A stretch of DNA of 50,437 nucleotides from a virus (taxonomy: Duplodnaviria; Caudoviricetes): positions 1 to 50,437 of IMG/VR virus record IMGVR_UViG_3300002446_000155. One strand, given 5' to 3'. A program made the position numbers and the translations under genes. Positions 26,045-35,093 of this stretch are shown one piece after another. The notes beneath the pieces were generated by a model, which saw nothing but the letters and a program-made list of their open reading frames with translations, had not been told where the DNA came from and made no database searches. How positions within the stretch are numbered: the first letter of the stretch is position 1; the number at the start of each line of letters is the position of its first letter.

Positions 26045-26929
26045 ATGGCAACGATGCAACCAACAAAGAGTCACAAGTATTTCGTTTTAGGCGGTGTGGC
26101 CGCAGATGCTTTTGTGGCTTTACGAAACAAGTTTGACCTTTCCGATCATTGGGAGGTTCAGTTCCAGACGTCCGACACGGGCTTCGTGGTTCGCCAACTT
26201 CTGGGCGATACGACGTCACAATATCTATTCGTGCGATCAGCAAATAACGTCACAATGCGGATCGATCCAAGCGGCACCATTTCCGATGGTAGCGGTACAG
26301 GAATCAGCACAATGGCATCACCTGCAACAAACACAATCGCGTTCAACACTGCCTACTGGCAGTTCCATGAATGGAGTGATGCTTTCACAATTTTTACGTG
26401 TGACTATTCGTCGTCGATCGTCGACTATCCGCTGGGGATTCACGCGGGATATATCCACACGCCAGCATTCTCAACAGATCCCGCCGTCGGCCTTACGGGG
26501 CAAGGTTTTATGGCAGGCATTCCAGATACAGCTGGCGGGGCTAGCGTATGGTTTGCGGGACTCTCAAGCTCATCCACTGTCTCTCGGATTCGCGTTGCAA
26601 ACACAGGTGTTCAGGCGACAGATTGGGTTCAGAACGCAATGAACATATCCACGAGCGGAGCTATCGTCGCGGGCGGGGGCATAAACGGAAACCTGATTGC
26701 AAACCGCGACCAGCCTGAGCCTATTGTGTGCTGTGTAACTTTGAACGTTGGGAGGAAGGTCGGGATTTACAAGTACATTTTCACGCGCCGCCCAGAGGCC
26801 TTTCCGGGCGTTTGCCAGTTCGTTGGTGGAGTTCGTAAAATGCAACATTTCGCGTCAGCGCACACAACGAACACACAAGCAGTGATGGGGATTGAAGACA
26901 ACTTCCAACCCGCGGGTGCTCCGACATGA
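26045..26929 (+). CDS. hypothetical protein (294 aa), beta-rich, possibly virion-associated
   Basis: GAGG RBS; long Gly/Ser/Thr-rich ORF. Confidence 0.7.
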   Translation: MATMQPTKSHKYFVLGGVAADAFVALRNKFDLSDHWEVQFQTSDTGFVVRQLLGDTTSQYLFVRSANNVTMRIDPSGTISDGSGTGISTMASPATNTIAFNTAYWQFHEWSDAFTIFTCDYSSSIVDYPLGIHAGYIHTPAFSTDPAVGLTGQGFMAGIPDTAGGASVWFAGLSSSSTVSRIRVANTGVQATDWVQNAMNISTSGAIVAGGGINGNLIANRDQPEPIVCCVTLNVGRKVGIYKYIFTRRPEAFPGVCQFVGGVRKMQHFASAHTTNTQAVMGIEDNFQPAGAPT

Positions 26930-27177
26930 CAGTAGAGCTTTTCATTTCGTTTCTGGCTGGGGCTGTGATCGCATTTGTTGCACTTTGGGGAAGCCGATCA
27001 GCAACGCCACCGAAGCCTCCAGTCCCTACTCCCTCACCTCCACCACCAGACCGTAAGGACGTATCCGATGTCAAAATTGACGCTGCAAACACTGATATTG
27101 ATCGTGGCACTTTGGATGCCCGGCTTAAACGCCTACGCGCAAAACTTGCCACCCGAGGTCGAGGAGGTACTGACTGA
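26926..27177 (+). CDS. membrane protein, possible spanin-like component
   Basis: N-terminal TM helix, Pro-rich linker, basic helical C-terminus. Confidence 0.5.
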   Translation: MTVELFISFLAGAVIAFVALWGSRSATPPKPPVPTPSPPPPDRKDVSDVKIDAANTDIDRGTLDARLKRLRAKLATRGRGGTD

Positions 27178-27436
27178 GTGTGAACTGGTCACAGACGCAC
27201 TTGTCGACCAGCGCAACCGGGCGATACAAGCCGCCGACCGAGCCGCCCAGGAACGGGACGAAGCACGAGGGAAACTTCTGTTTCTCGTTCCCGAATATGA
27301 AACGCTGAAAGACGAAAACCTCCGACTGCACTTGAAGGTGGCGGAGGCTCCGAATAGGTGGGTGTGGTTGGGTGTGGGCGTCGGCGCGGGGGTTGCTACA
27401 ACGGTCCTGGTATCACTCGTCCTCGTTTCCCTCTAA
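27068..27436 (+). CDS. exported coiled-coil protein with C-terminal TM anchor, possible spanin-like component
   Basis: AAGGA RBS, signal peptide ending AYA, coiled coil, C-terminal hydrophobic helix; last + strand late gene. Confidence 0.55.
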   Translation: MSKLTLQTLILIVALWMPGLNAYAQNLPPEVEEVLTECELVTDALVDQRNRAIQAADRAAQERDEARGKLLFLVPEYETLKDENLRLHLKVAEAPNRWVWLGVGVGAGVATTVLVSLVLVSL

Positions 27437-27766
27437 TGGGAGCAGGGGGAGCTGGGTGCGGTCGAGTTCGCTGTGCATCAGGTCCTGTAGGTTTTCAAAG
27501 TGGCCGAAGCTAAAGCCTACGATGATGTCGCGGTCCGGGTCATACTTCGACCTCTTCGCGGCGCCCTTACTTCCGAACGGCCCTAACCAACTAAGCTCGC
27601 CCGCCTTGGAACGCCGTACGATCCAATGCACGTTTGGCCCTGTGGCCGTTCGTTGCGCAGCGCCGTGGGAGTCGTAAGGGCCATATGCGCCATGGGAGTA
27701 TGCCCCTTGAGTGTCCATGAAATGGAATACGTAATAGACCTGGTCGACGATGTATGTATATCTCAT
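27413..27766 (-). CDS. hypothetical protein with two GP[YF]..A motifs
   Basis: YGPYDSHGAAQR and LGPFGSKGAAKR; GGAG RBS, ATGA overlap. Confidence 0.65.
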   Translation of the reverse strand: MRYTYIVDQVYYVFHFMDTQGAYSHGAYGPYDSHGAAQRTATGPNVHWIVRRSKAGELSWLGPFGSKGAAKRSKYDPDRDIIVGFSFGHFENLQDLMHSELDRTQLPLLPLEGNEDE

Positions 27767-28011
27767 AGATTCTGCTCCTCCGGTTCCTGCTGTGTAAGTG
27801 TCACAGGCACAATGTAATACCTCGCGGGGGTGCCTGCCTTCGCCTGATCCTCTCGTCTCCAGGACTTCCGGTCATAGTAGATTGCACGACGTGCGCCGCC
27901 TTCCGTGTCGTACGGCCCCATGACTCTCCTCTCCTCCACGCCCCCGACGGTCACTTTGATGAAGTAGAATTGTTCGGGGATTCCATGATACCCGTCTCTT
28001 GCTTTTGTCAT
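27763..28011 (-). CDS. hypothetical protein with GPY..A motif
   Basis: trimmed to MTKARD start with AGGA RBS; MGPYDTEGGARR. Confidence 0.6.
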   Translation of the reverse strand: MTKARDGYHGIPEQFYFIKVTVGGVEERRVMGPYDTEGGARRAIYYDRKSWRREDQAKAGTPARYYIVPVTLTQQEPEEQNL

Positions 28012-28045
28012 TTCCTGCTCCTTTTGGTGCTCTTTGCCAGCTGTC

Positions 28046-28414
28046 TCATTGGTATATCCATGTGTGGATGGCTTCCGCCGTTTTTTCGTGCCAGCGCTTC
28101 TCGGTGGTACTATAATGGGGGAAGAATGAGCCGTTTGCAAGCCTGTTTTCGAGATACGCCCTGGTGACATACGCGGGCGACCACTGCCCTTCAAAGCCGT
28201 AACATGAGCAATGGTCGGCCTCTACCTCGTATACCTCACCTTCGTGTGCGAATAGGAAGTAGGCTTGTCCTGAGTACCCGTCGCCTCCCATATACGCCAC
28301 GATGAACTCGGGTGTGAAGTCGAACTCCATTCTGAATTCTTCCTCAATGTACCGAATCACATCCGCCTGCTCCATTCCCTCAAGACTTCCCATATATGGA
28401 CTTCTCATACTCAC
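28046..28414 (-). CDS. phage hypothetical protein (HCSCYG motif)
   Basis: YSGQAY..F..G.VYEV..HCSCYG pattern. Confidence 0.7.
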   Translation of the reverse strand: MSMRSPYMGSLEGMEQADVIRYIEEEFRMEFDFTPEFIVAYMGGDGYSGQAYFLFAHEGEVYEVEADHCSCYGFEGQWSPAYVTRAYLENRLANGSFFPHYSTTEKRWHEKTAEAIHTWIYQ

Positions 28415-28530
28415 TCCGAGAGGCCAAGTAGTTCAAGGCCGAGTTCATGTGTGTACTGCGTTTTCTGCATTGCCGCGTCACCGGCCATCATGCGAAAGGC
28501 TTTCTCGTGGAAAACTTCTTTGAGGTTCAT
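28411..28530 (-). CDS. small hypothetical protein (39 aa)
   Basis: MNLKEV start with GGAG RBS, downstream of promoter at 28580-28608. Confidence 0.4.
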   Translation of the reverse strand: MNLKEVFHEKAFRMMAGDAAMQKTQYTHELGLELLGLSE

Positions 28531-28579
28531 TCGTAGCTCCTGTGTGTATGCGTCGGACCAACTCCGACCTTGTTTGAAG

Positions 28580-28608
28580 ACCTTACGGGACTGAAGCAGG
28601 TGTGTCAA
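28580..28608 (-). promoter_or_regulatory. sigma70-type promoter TTGACA-17-TAAGGT
   Basis: -35 at 28603-28608, -10 at 28580-28585. Confidence 0.6.
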
Positions 28609-28771
28609 GACATTTTCGCAGCAGACGTCGACCATTTGTGTAATAAATAAACACAAGGCCATCGTGTTTTCTCCGCTTCCGCTTTACCGAAACGTGCAGG
28701 GATACCCTGTACTCCGGAGGGCCGAACGCCTCCCCTACCTGCGTGCCTTGGAAGCGTACGCGCCTCTTCAT
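28583..28771 (-). CDS. small basic hypothetical protein (62 aa)
   Basis: AAGGAG RBS and ATGA overlap with 28768..29046. Confidence 0.5.
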   Translation of the reverse strand: MKRRVRFQGTQVGEAFGPPEYRVSLHVSVKRKRRKHDGLVFIYYTNGRRLLRKCLDTPASVP

Positions 28772-29046
28772 TTGCTCTCCTTCAGGCCCACACCGATAAG
28801 CAGGTCTGGTTCATCCACCCGTGCCCAATACATAGTCACGTCCGTGCCAAGTCTGTAATGGATCTTGGGTGTCCCCCACCTTCCCCCTCCAGTACTCGTA
28901 AACTCCGACCACACGCCGTCGGTCTGAATGCGCAGCTTCGCCTTAGAAGCCCTGCCCTCGCATTCCAGAATAAACCTCCCATTCTTATCCCGCTCCGTAG
29001 TCAGAAACTTCGTCTCGCCTTTCGGCCCAATGATTTTGTACGTCAT
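28768..29046 (-). CDS. hypothetical protein (92 aa)
   Basis: ATGA-coupled chain of small minus-strand ORFs. Confidence 0.6.
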   Translation of the reverse strand: MTYKIIGPKGETKFLTTERDKNGRFILECEGRASKAKLRIQTDGVWSEFTSTGGGRWGTPKIHYRLGTDVTMYWARVDEPDLLIGVGLKESK

Positions 29047-29294
29047 TTTTTATCCCATGCGTTTGCGACGCGTGCGGACCATTCCGCGAGCTCCTTGGCC
29101 TCACCAGGGAACCCTGACGTCATGACGCTCACCATATAGTCCAGTGCACCTCTTCCCAGCCACCATTCTTTGCGCTGCCCGTTTTCGGGGTGAATGATGA
29201 TGATTTCCTGTTCAGGAATCGACTGCCGATCGTACTCGGTGCGCAGGTACGTCATGATGTCGGGGTACATTTTGTCTTCAACTTGTATCATCAT
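29043..29294 (-). CDS. hypothetical protein (83 aa)
   Basis: GAGG RBS, ATGA-coupled. Confidence 0.6.
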   Translation of the reverse strand: MMIQVEDKMYPDIMTYLRTEYDRQSIPEQEIIIIHPENGQRKEWWLGRGALDYMVSVMTSGFPGEAKELAEWSARVANAWDKK

Positions 29295-29491
29295 TTCTTC
29301 CTCTGCAAAGGCTGATCAGTGTCAATCAGCGCCACTTTCATGTACAGGTTCCATCCCACAAAGGCCCCGGCGCGGACTCGATAGATCCCCCAGTGGTCCT
29401 CAGGGTTCTCCTCATTCTCCACATAGACCTCGAGGTCGCCGTGGACCTTCTGGATGTACACGAGTTCCGCAATGAGTTCACTAATCTGCAT
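29291..29491 (-). CDS. hypothetical protein (66 aa)
   Basis: M.ISELI..L....HGDLEV pattern common in small phage proteins. Confidence 0.6.
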   Translation of the reverse strand: MQISELIAELVYIQKVHGDLEVYVENEENPEDHWGIYRVRAGAFVGWNLYMKVALIDTDQPLQRKK

Positions 29492-29699
29492 CCCACACCT
29501 CGCCTGCGTTCTTCCGCCACACTGTCTCCTGCCGTACTCGGATCACGAAGAACTCGTCTGGGCCCACGTTCACGCGCCATCGGCGCTTGTTGGAGAGCAC
29601 GTTCTTCGCTGCAACGAGTGTGGCATAGGGTCCATACATCACCCCGCCTGCGTCGACGTAGTAGATGTATTCACTCAGGCTCAATTTCCTTGAGTTCAC
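29481..29699 (-). CDS. hypothetical protein with GPY..A motif
   Basis: GTG start with GGAGG RBS and GTGA overlap; MYGPYATLVAAKN. Confidence 0.55.
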   Translation of the reverse strand: MNSRKLSLSEYIYYVDAGGVMYGPYATLVAAKNVLSNKRRWRVNVGPDEFFVIRVRQETVWRKNAGEVWDAD

Positions 29700-31129
29700 T
29701 TCAGCCTCCAAAATGTGGTTTCGAGCCCCTGGCTCTTATTGTACACATCCGCACGAATCCCGTGCTGTGACGTATAGCCACCTTTCTCTTCCCAGTGGTT
29801 GTGCTTGAGGCTCTTCGGGGCGCTCAACTGGAAGCACAGCACGCCTGCTACGTCGAGCATCTTCGCATGATGAAGGTGTCCGGTGTACAGGAAGCGGCGT
29901 TCGTGCGGTGAGGCACCCCAGATTGACGTCGCTTTCATGATGATGTTCTCAATCTTCCCTCGACCTCCATCGCCATGCTCAAACATGATCTTGTTGAATC
30001 CGAACTGGATACACGCCATCTCGAGCCCTGCGGCGGGTACCAAGCCAATGGGCTGCTTACCCATGAGCTCCTCGAGCCACACCGCGAATCCGATGGTCTG
30101 CATACGGTCGTGATTACCTGCCACCACTACACAGTCGACAGTCGCAAAGCCAGCCTTGACGAGCTCCACGGCCTTACGCGCTGCCGCATACGCCAACCGC
30201 ACCATCTCCACAGGGTCGCCGTCTCCTACCAGCGTGCCTTTCGTGGTGGTCTTACCGAACGTGTCGTAATGGAACCAGTCTCCAAGGAACACCAGGACCG
30301 CCCGAGAGGACTCTTTACGCATCCGCGTCACGAGTTCGGCAAGGTGTCCGAGTTTCGTCTCTGCGTCCAACTGGTCCTCGATGTGCCAGTCTGCGAGCGG
30401 AATCACTGTCAGCCGATCGGAGATGTTGTCACTGGCGCGGTAGTTGATGGGCGTAAGGTCCACAAGGCTCAACTGATCACCGAAGTACCGCACCACAGCC
30501 TCATCCCAGTGCTTCGCCTTCTGCTCCATTTCCACCAGGTGAATCTTCTTCGCTTCCTGCTCCAGTAGCCACCGCGACCGCTGCTCTCGGTCCTCAAGGA
30601 GCGCACGCGTATCGAGCTCGAGGTGCTCTTCGCGGGTGAACTCGTCCTGATCGTGGGTCCATCCAAGTTCCTGGCGAACGAATTGAAACTCGCGACGCCC
30701 GATCTTGAAATGCTTGCACACCTGATTGATCGTCCACCCGAGGCCTAGTGGGCGGTTCGCATATGCCCGCTTCATTTCCTCGATCACCGTCTCAGGGATG
30801 TAGAAGGGGCTCTTGGAGTAGAAGATGTAGTGACGCTCGCCATCGGCCCCAATCGTCATGCCGTGCCGAGTGTGATAGGGGCGTGTGACTGCGCGTGGAG
30901 GCGCTGGAGGCGTTTCTTCGGCTTCCACGGCTTCTGGTGTGGACAGGGGTCGCAGAACGCGTAGGACTTGCGCATAGGAGCGCAGGTTACCTTCTGGGAG
31001 CCTCCCGCACTGGATGGCCGCCCGCAGGAATCCCATCTGGTCCACATCAGGAGCACTATGTGTCTCGAAGAAGCCGTCGTCGTATGCCTGTAGTATTGCC
31101 TCAATTCGCTCTTTACGTGTACTATTCAT
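29696..31129 (-). CDS. calcineurin-like metallophosphoesterase with N-terminal HTH-like extension
   Basis: DWH, GD, GNHD, HGD and GHLH motifs all present; WTINQVCKHFKIGRREF HTH-like segment. Confidence 0.85.
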   Translation of the reverse strand: MNSTRKERIEAILQAYDDGFFETHSAPDVDQMGFLRAAIQCGRLPEGNLRSYAQVLRVLRPLSTPEAVEAEETPPAPPRAVTRPYHTRHGMTIGADGERHYIFYSKSPFYIPETVIEEMKRAYANRPLGLGWTINQVCKHFKIGRREFQFVRQELGWTHDQDEFTREEHLELDTRALLEDREQRSRWLLEQEAKKIHLVEMEQKAKHWDEAVVRYFGDQLSLVDLTPINYRASDNISDRLTVIPLADWHIEDQLDAETKLGHLAELVTRMRKESSRAVLVFLGDWFHYDTFGKTTTKGTLVGDGDPVEMVRLAYAAARKAVELVKAGFATVDCVVVAGNHDRMQTIGFAVWLEELMGKQPIGLVPAAGLEMACIQFGFNKIMFEHGDGGRGKIENIIMKATSIWGASPHERRFLYTGHLHHAKMLDVAGVLCFQLSAPKSLKHNHWEEKGGYTSQHGIRADVYNKSQGLETTFWRLK

Positions 31130-31412
31130 CGTCTTCTCCGGTGATCTCAAACAGTTCGTCTTCAAGGTGGTGGTGGGGCTCAGTTTCGATGAGCACGTAC
31201 GGTGATTCTGACGCAACGGCCTGCGCAATAATGGTCATGATGTAGTCCAGGCTGTTTCGCGTGCCTGCAATCAGTGGGATGTCCTGGTCGCCACCTGTAG
31301 CAAGGAGCACCCATGTGAGGGGATCTTCCGGGTGGCGCTCCATCCAGAGCTGCGTGTTGGCCCCGATCACATACATCATGCGCTCGTAGCCGAAGTGGAC
31401 TGTAGTGGTCAT
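31122..31412 (-). CDS. hypothetical protein (96 aa)
   Basis: AGGAG RBS before MTTTV, ATGA overlap. Confidence 0.55.
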   Translation of the reverse strand: MTTTVHFGYERMMYVIGANTQLWMERHPEDPLTWVLLATGGDQDIPLIAGTRNSLDYIMTIIAQAVASESPYVLIETEPHHHLEDELFEITGEDDE

Positions 31413-31687
31413 AGTTCTCCTGAGGTAATGTGCCATTCCGTTGTGCCGCTGCGTACAATGACGACTCCGCCGCACGCTTCTACGAGTTCCACGAACCTCT
31501 CAATACTGGGCGACTGTTCACCCTCTTCGTACTTCTTCAAGGACGTGGACTGTACTTTATGACCTGTCTTACGGCATACCGCGAACTTTGTCAACCCTGC
31601 GAGCTCTCGCACGAATGTCAGAGCACAATACCATGGTGTACTGGTCACGCGACCGCTCAGGCCGATGTCTTTGAGTGTTCTGGTCAT
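31409..31687 (-). CDS. XRE/Cro-family HTH protein
   Basis: RELAGLT...LKKYEEGEQSPSIERF..L motif. Confidence 0.75.
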   Translation of the reverse strand: MTRTLKDIGLSGRVTSTPWYCALTFVRELAGLTKFAVCRKTGHKVQSTSLKKYEEGEQSPSIERFVELVEACGGVVIVRSGTTEWHITSGEL

Positions 31688-32109
31688 AGTGGGAGATCCA
31701 GTGTCCATTCTTCCAAGGTCCCGTTACATGGGAGCACTCGAAAGACTGTTAATGCGTCAATGTCGGCCAGTACGGGTCTTCCGTCGATCCCCTCGGGCTT
31801 CAACACTCGTCCCAGCGTCCCGTTGAACTTGTAGATCCCTCGGTGCTTTGCGTCCTGAACGGTGACCCTCTTAATGCCTTCCCGAATGACAGTGAATTTC
31901 TGTTCCGGTGCAACTTTGAGGCTCCATGGCAGGTGGTTCGGTCCCCTCAGTGTGACCACACACGCACAGACTTTTGACTTCAGAGAGATGTCATCCACTG
32001 GCAGGGTGAAGTCTCCCAGACGCACGCGATCGCCGATCTGCAGCTTATTGGCCTCGCATTTTAGTTCTTCTACCTGTACCACAGGCACATACTTGGTTGG
32101 TGTCCACAT
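31684..32109 (-). CDS. hypothetical protein
   Basis: AGGAG RBS before MWTPTK (alternative start 32190); LQIGDRV SH3-like start. Confidence 0.55.
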   Translation of the reverse strand: MWTPTKYVPVVQVEELKCEANKLQIGDRVRLGDFTLPVDDISLKSKVCACVVTLRGPNHLPWSLKVAPEQKFTVIREGIKRVTVQDAKHRGIYKFNGTLGRVLKPEGIDGRPVLADIDALTVFRVLPCNGTLEEWTLDLPL

Positions 32110-32186
32110 ATCTTTTCTCCTGATTGGGGGATTACATCGAAGGCATCCACTACATATACTATCTAAGCCGTTCTGGCAACCCATAT

Positions 32187-32675
32187 TCATAATCGCTCCA
32201 AATGAAACAGCCCCAGACCTACGGCGTCCAGAATCTCTTTGTGGTTCGCCGCTGGACAATCCCGTAGTCCTGCCTCGAGGTTCCGTGTTTCCTGCGCACT
32301 GAGGCGCTTGCGGATACGCAGGTGGTTGATCTTCTTCGTGCGTCCTCCTGTCCACGAACTGGGACGCAGGTAGAGTACCGGAGCTCCGTGCGAGAGCGTA
32401 CTTCCTCCGATCATCGCCAGGTCAATAAGGCTACTCCAGGCGTCGCTTCGGCTTCCCCGAGGCTCCATCCGCTCGACGATCAGTCCCGTCGCACCACACT
32501 CCCCTATGCGGGAGTTCAGGGCATTCGCCATGGCCCCGACGCGCTCATCGATCGGCATGGTTTTATCGAGCTCAGGGCTCTGGATGAGCTCCGTGAACCA
32601 CAACACTCCGTCCACGAAGAGCGCCAAACCACACTCATTCAGTCCCGGATCAATCGCTACAAGTCTCTCACTCAT
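32187..32675 (-). CDS. RuvC-like Holliday junction resolvase
   Basis: AIDPG...G, IVE, PSSW, DAVGLG acidic RNase H-fold motifs. Confidence 0.8.
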   Translation of the reverse strand: MSERLVAIDPGLNECGLALFVDGVLWFTELIQSPELDKTMPIDERVGAMANALNSRIGECGATGLIVERMEPRGSRSDAWSSLIDLAMIGGSTLSHGAPVLYLRPSSWTGGRTKKINHLRIRKRLSAQETRNLEAGLRDCPAANHKEILDAVGLGLFHLERL

Positions 32676-32877
32676 TGTCTGTCTCCTTTAGTATCTCAGC
32701 CCACATTTCGGAATAGTCAGCAGGTGGAGCGAAGAGCTCCCAGGCGTACCCATGCTCCTCGGCACATTGTGGGCACACATGCGCCCTGATGTCAACCATA
32801 ATGACCCACCGCCCGGTGTCCCACCCGTAGCGCCCACACAATCGGCATCGAAGTGCAAGAGGTCTCATTTTGCCCAC
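32668..32877 (-). CDS. small zinc-finger protein
   Basis: CxxC...CxxC. Confidence 0.55.
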   Translation of the reverse strand: MGKMRPLALRCRLCGRYGWDTGRWVIMVDIRAHVCPQCAEEHGYAWELFAPPADYSEMWAEILKETDNE

Positions 32878-34862
32878 CTCTCTCGAAGGATCTTAGGTTT
32901 CGCCTCTACCAGAAGGTCGGGAAGAAACACCTTCATCCCCATTACCATCAGGCGGCTGAGTTCAGGTGCCGCAACCTCGGCCTTCTCTACTGGAGTCTCA
33001 ATCAGGATCTCATCGTGCACAAAGAGGAGCCCGTGCGACCCATACAGTGGAGACTCGAGCTCCGTGTAGCACGCCTTCTGTACGAGATGCACTGAGTACA
33101 ATGCCCCGTCGGCCACGATGCCTTGGAACCCTGTGTTCGCAGCCGCTGGGAACCGATTGGTCACTCGTGTGCGCCATCCCGATGTACGCCTGCCTGGACC
33201 ATGCTGCTCTACATGGAACGATCCACGAACCGACTGGAGCGAATTGATGTGACGGAAGTACGGGTCCACTTCGGTCCATGCCTTCCCCCACGCCGCACGC
33301 ATCTTCTCAGCATCGTATTGCGTGATCTTCACGCCGAAGCCGTCTGCGTACTCCACGAAAGTTCGAGGGGAGGCACCGCCTGCAAAGCCGTAATTAGCGA
33401 TCTTGGAGATTTGGCGCATCTCCACCACCACGGGATCGCCGTCTTTGTATCGTGCCACGGCATCTTCATAGCTCATGTTGAGGAGCTTCGCGGTGACGTA
33501 GAGGTGGAGGTCCATTCCGTTGTTGATGGCCAGTGCCAGGGTACCCAACTGCCCGGTAATGTTACGACATATCTGTGCAAGACCCGCCATTTCAATCGCG
33601 GTGTAGTCGGCCGCCACGAAGACGTACCCTGGTCGAGGGATAAAGCAGCCCCGAATGTCAGGACCAATGGCCATTCCTGCCAACAGGCGATCGATGGGTT
33701 CGCTCTCATCGTCGTCCTCCCCTTCCCCCTCAGTGAGCTCCTCCCACGCCTTCAGTGACGCCGAATCCTGAGCGTTCACACGACTTGGGAAGTTCTGAAC
33801 GTTCGGCCCGGATGCCGAAGTTCGCCCGGAGTCTACAGTCTCATTGTACCGAGGACACAGTGGTCCGTCGCCCGCATCGGTGAGAGGGTCCAGGTAGGTC
33901 GACAGGAACTTCTCCGAGCGATTCATGCGGCTGTACCACTGGAAGATGGGCTCAGTCACGCCCTTGCCCTCAAGGTACTTCATGGTCTTCGCGTCGGCCT
34001 TGATGGCCCCTTTATCTGTGAGGATAGGATTCTCTCCAATCTCTGCCCACGCCCGACGAATCACTTCCTGAATGACAGGCCGCTTCTTTGTTCCGCCTTC
34101 GATAAGCGTTCGATCCTTACCATCCGGCATCGTGATGTGCTCCTGCTCCAGAATGCCACGGTACTTCGCCGCCTCCGCCTCGTAGTGGGTGCGAAGAGCT
34201 CGCGTCCACTGCCCGTCAACCATGAGCCCCCAGGCTGACATCAGGTGAAGATCGAATGCGTACTGGGAGCGCACAGGAACGCCCCCTGAGTTCACACTCT
34301 TCACGGTACGCAACTTGTGGAAGATGCGCCATGTGACATCCGCGTCACGTAGTGCATAGGCGTAGGCGGCCGCTGGGTAATCCTCAGCCCGCTTCCCCTC
34401 GAGCTCATTGTAGCGATTGCGCCATACATCGGGACCAAGGCCCTCACGCACCTTCCCGTCGAGCTTCTCCCCGAGCCATCGCTCCGTGAGTGCTGCCAGG
34501 GAATAGCGTCCACGTAGGAACATCCCACCAAGGGAGATGTCGTACAGCTTCGTCTCAATACCGACGTCCCACTTCTTTGCGGCGTAAATCTTGTTGAAGA
34601 GCGCCTGGGCCTCCTCAGGATACGCCTCCTCCATTGCTCGAGCCATCACAGCCATATCGAACGCCAGATTCAGGCCGATGAAACAGGCTCCCTCAATCTC
34701 CAGCCATTCTTTGAAGAGCGGGATCGCCCTTTCACGCTCCACAAGCACGGGCGTACCACCGTCAATGCAGTAGCTCATACACACAAGGCGAGGTACGATG
34801 TCTTTGGTCGCCTTCCCGTTCTGGTAGAATGGGTATGTTTCGGTGTCGAATGCGATGTTCAT
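32865..34862 (-). CDS. polA: DNA polymerase family A with 3'-5' exonuclease
   Basis: ExoI DTET, ExoII NLAFD, ExoIII YALRDA; SGRTS..PNVQN; motif A ADYTAIE, motif B RQISKIANYG, motif C VHDE. Confidence 0.95.
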   Translation of the reverse strand: MNIAFDTETYPFYQNGKATKDIVPRLVCMSYCIDGGTPVLVERERAIPLFKEWLEIEGACFIGLNLAFDMAVMARAMEEAYPEEAQALFNKIYAAKKWDVGIETKLYDISLGGMFLRGRYSLAALTERWLGEKLDGKVREGLGPDVWRNRYNELEGKRAEDYPAAAYAYALRDADVTWRIFHKLRTVKSVNSGGVPVRSQYAFDLHLMSAWGLMVDGQWTRALRTHYEAEAAKYRGILEQEHITMPDGKDRTLIEGGTKKRPVIQEVIRRAWAEIGENPILTDKGAIKADAKTMKYLEGKGVTEPIFQWYSRMNRSEKFLSTYLDPLTDAGDGPLCPRYNETVDSGRTSASGPNVQNFPSRVNAQDSASLKAWEELTEGEGEDDDESEPIDRLLAGMAIGPDIRGCFIPRPGYVFVAADYTAIEMAGLAQICRNITGQLGTLALAINNGMDLHLYVTAKLLNMSYEDAVARYKDGDPVVVEMRQISKIANYGFAGGASPRTFVEYADGFGVKITQYDAEKMRAAWGKAWTEVDPYFRHINSLQSVRGSFHVEQHGPGRRTSGWRTRVTNRFPAAANTGFQGIVADGALYSVHLVQKACYTELESPLYGSHGLLFVHDEILIETPVEKAEVAAPELSRLMVMGMKVFLPDLLVEAKPKILRERWAK

Positions 34863-35074
34863 TTCTTATCCTGTGCGTACGGGTTATGCAGGGACACTTT
34901 TGCCACCTCACCTGCCTCAGCGGCCCGGTTCAGTTCTACCAGGGACTGGAGAGCAGCGTAGGCGTCATTTGGGTTACTGAACGACATGATCGCCGTATAG
35001 GTACCTGTCTCCTGATTATGTGCCACAAGGGCCCAGCGGTCTTCTGTTTTCTGCCTCGATACGAAATACATCAT
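34859..35074 (-). CDS. hypothetical protein (71 aa)
   Basis: GGAGG RBS before MMYFVS; ATGA overlap with polymerase start. Confidence 0.6.
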   Translation of the reverse strand: MMYFVSRQKTEDRWALVAHNQETGTYTAIMSFSNPNDAYAALQSLVELNRAAEAGEVAKVSLHNPYAQDKK

Positions 35075-35093
35075 GATGCCTCCGGTTGATTGC

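Noticed and set aside
32865-34862. 2-aminoadenine (Z) or other hypermodified-base pathway
   Set aside because: No PurZ-like, dATPase, queuosine-pathway or thymidylate-synthase-like genes recognised
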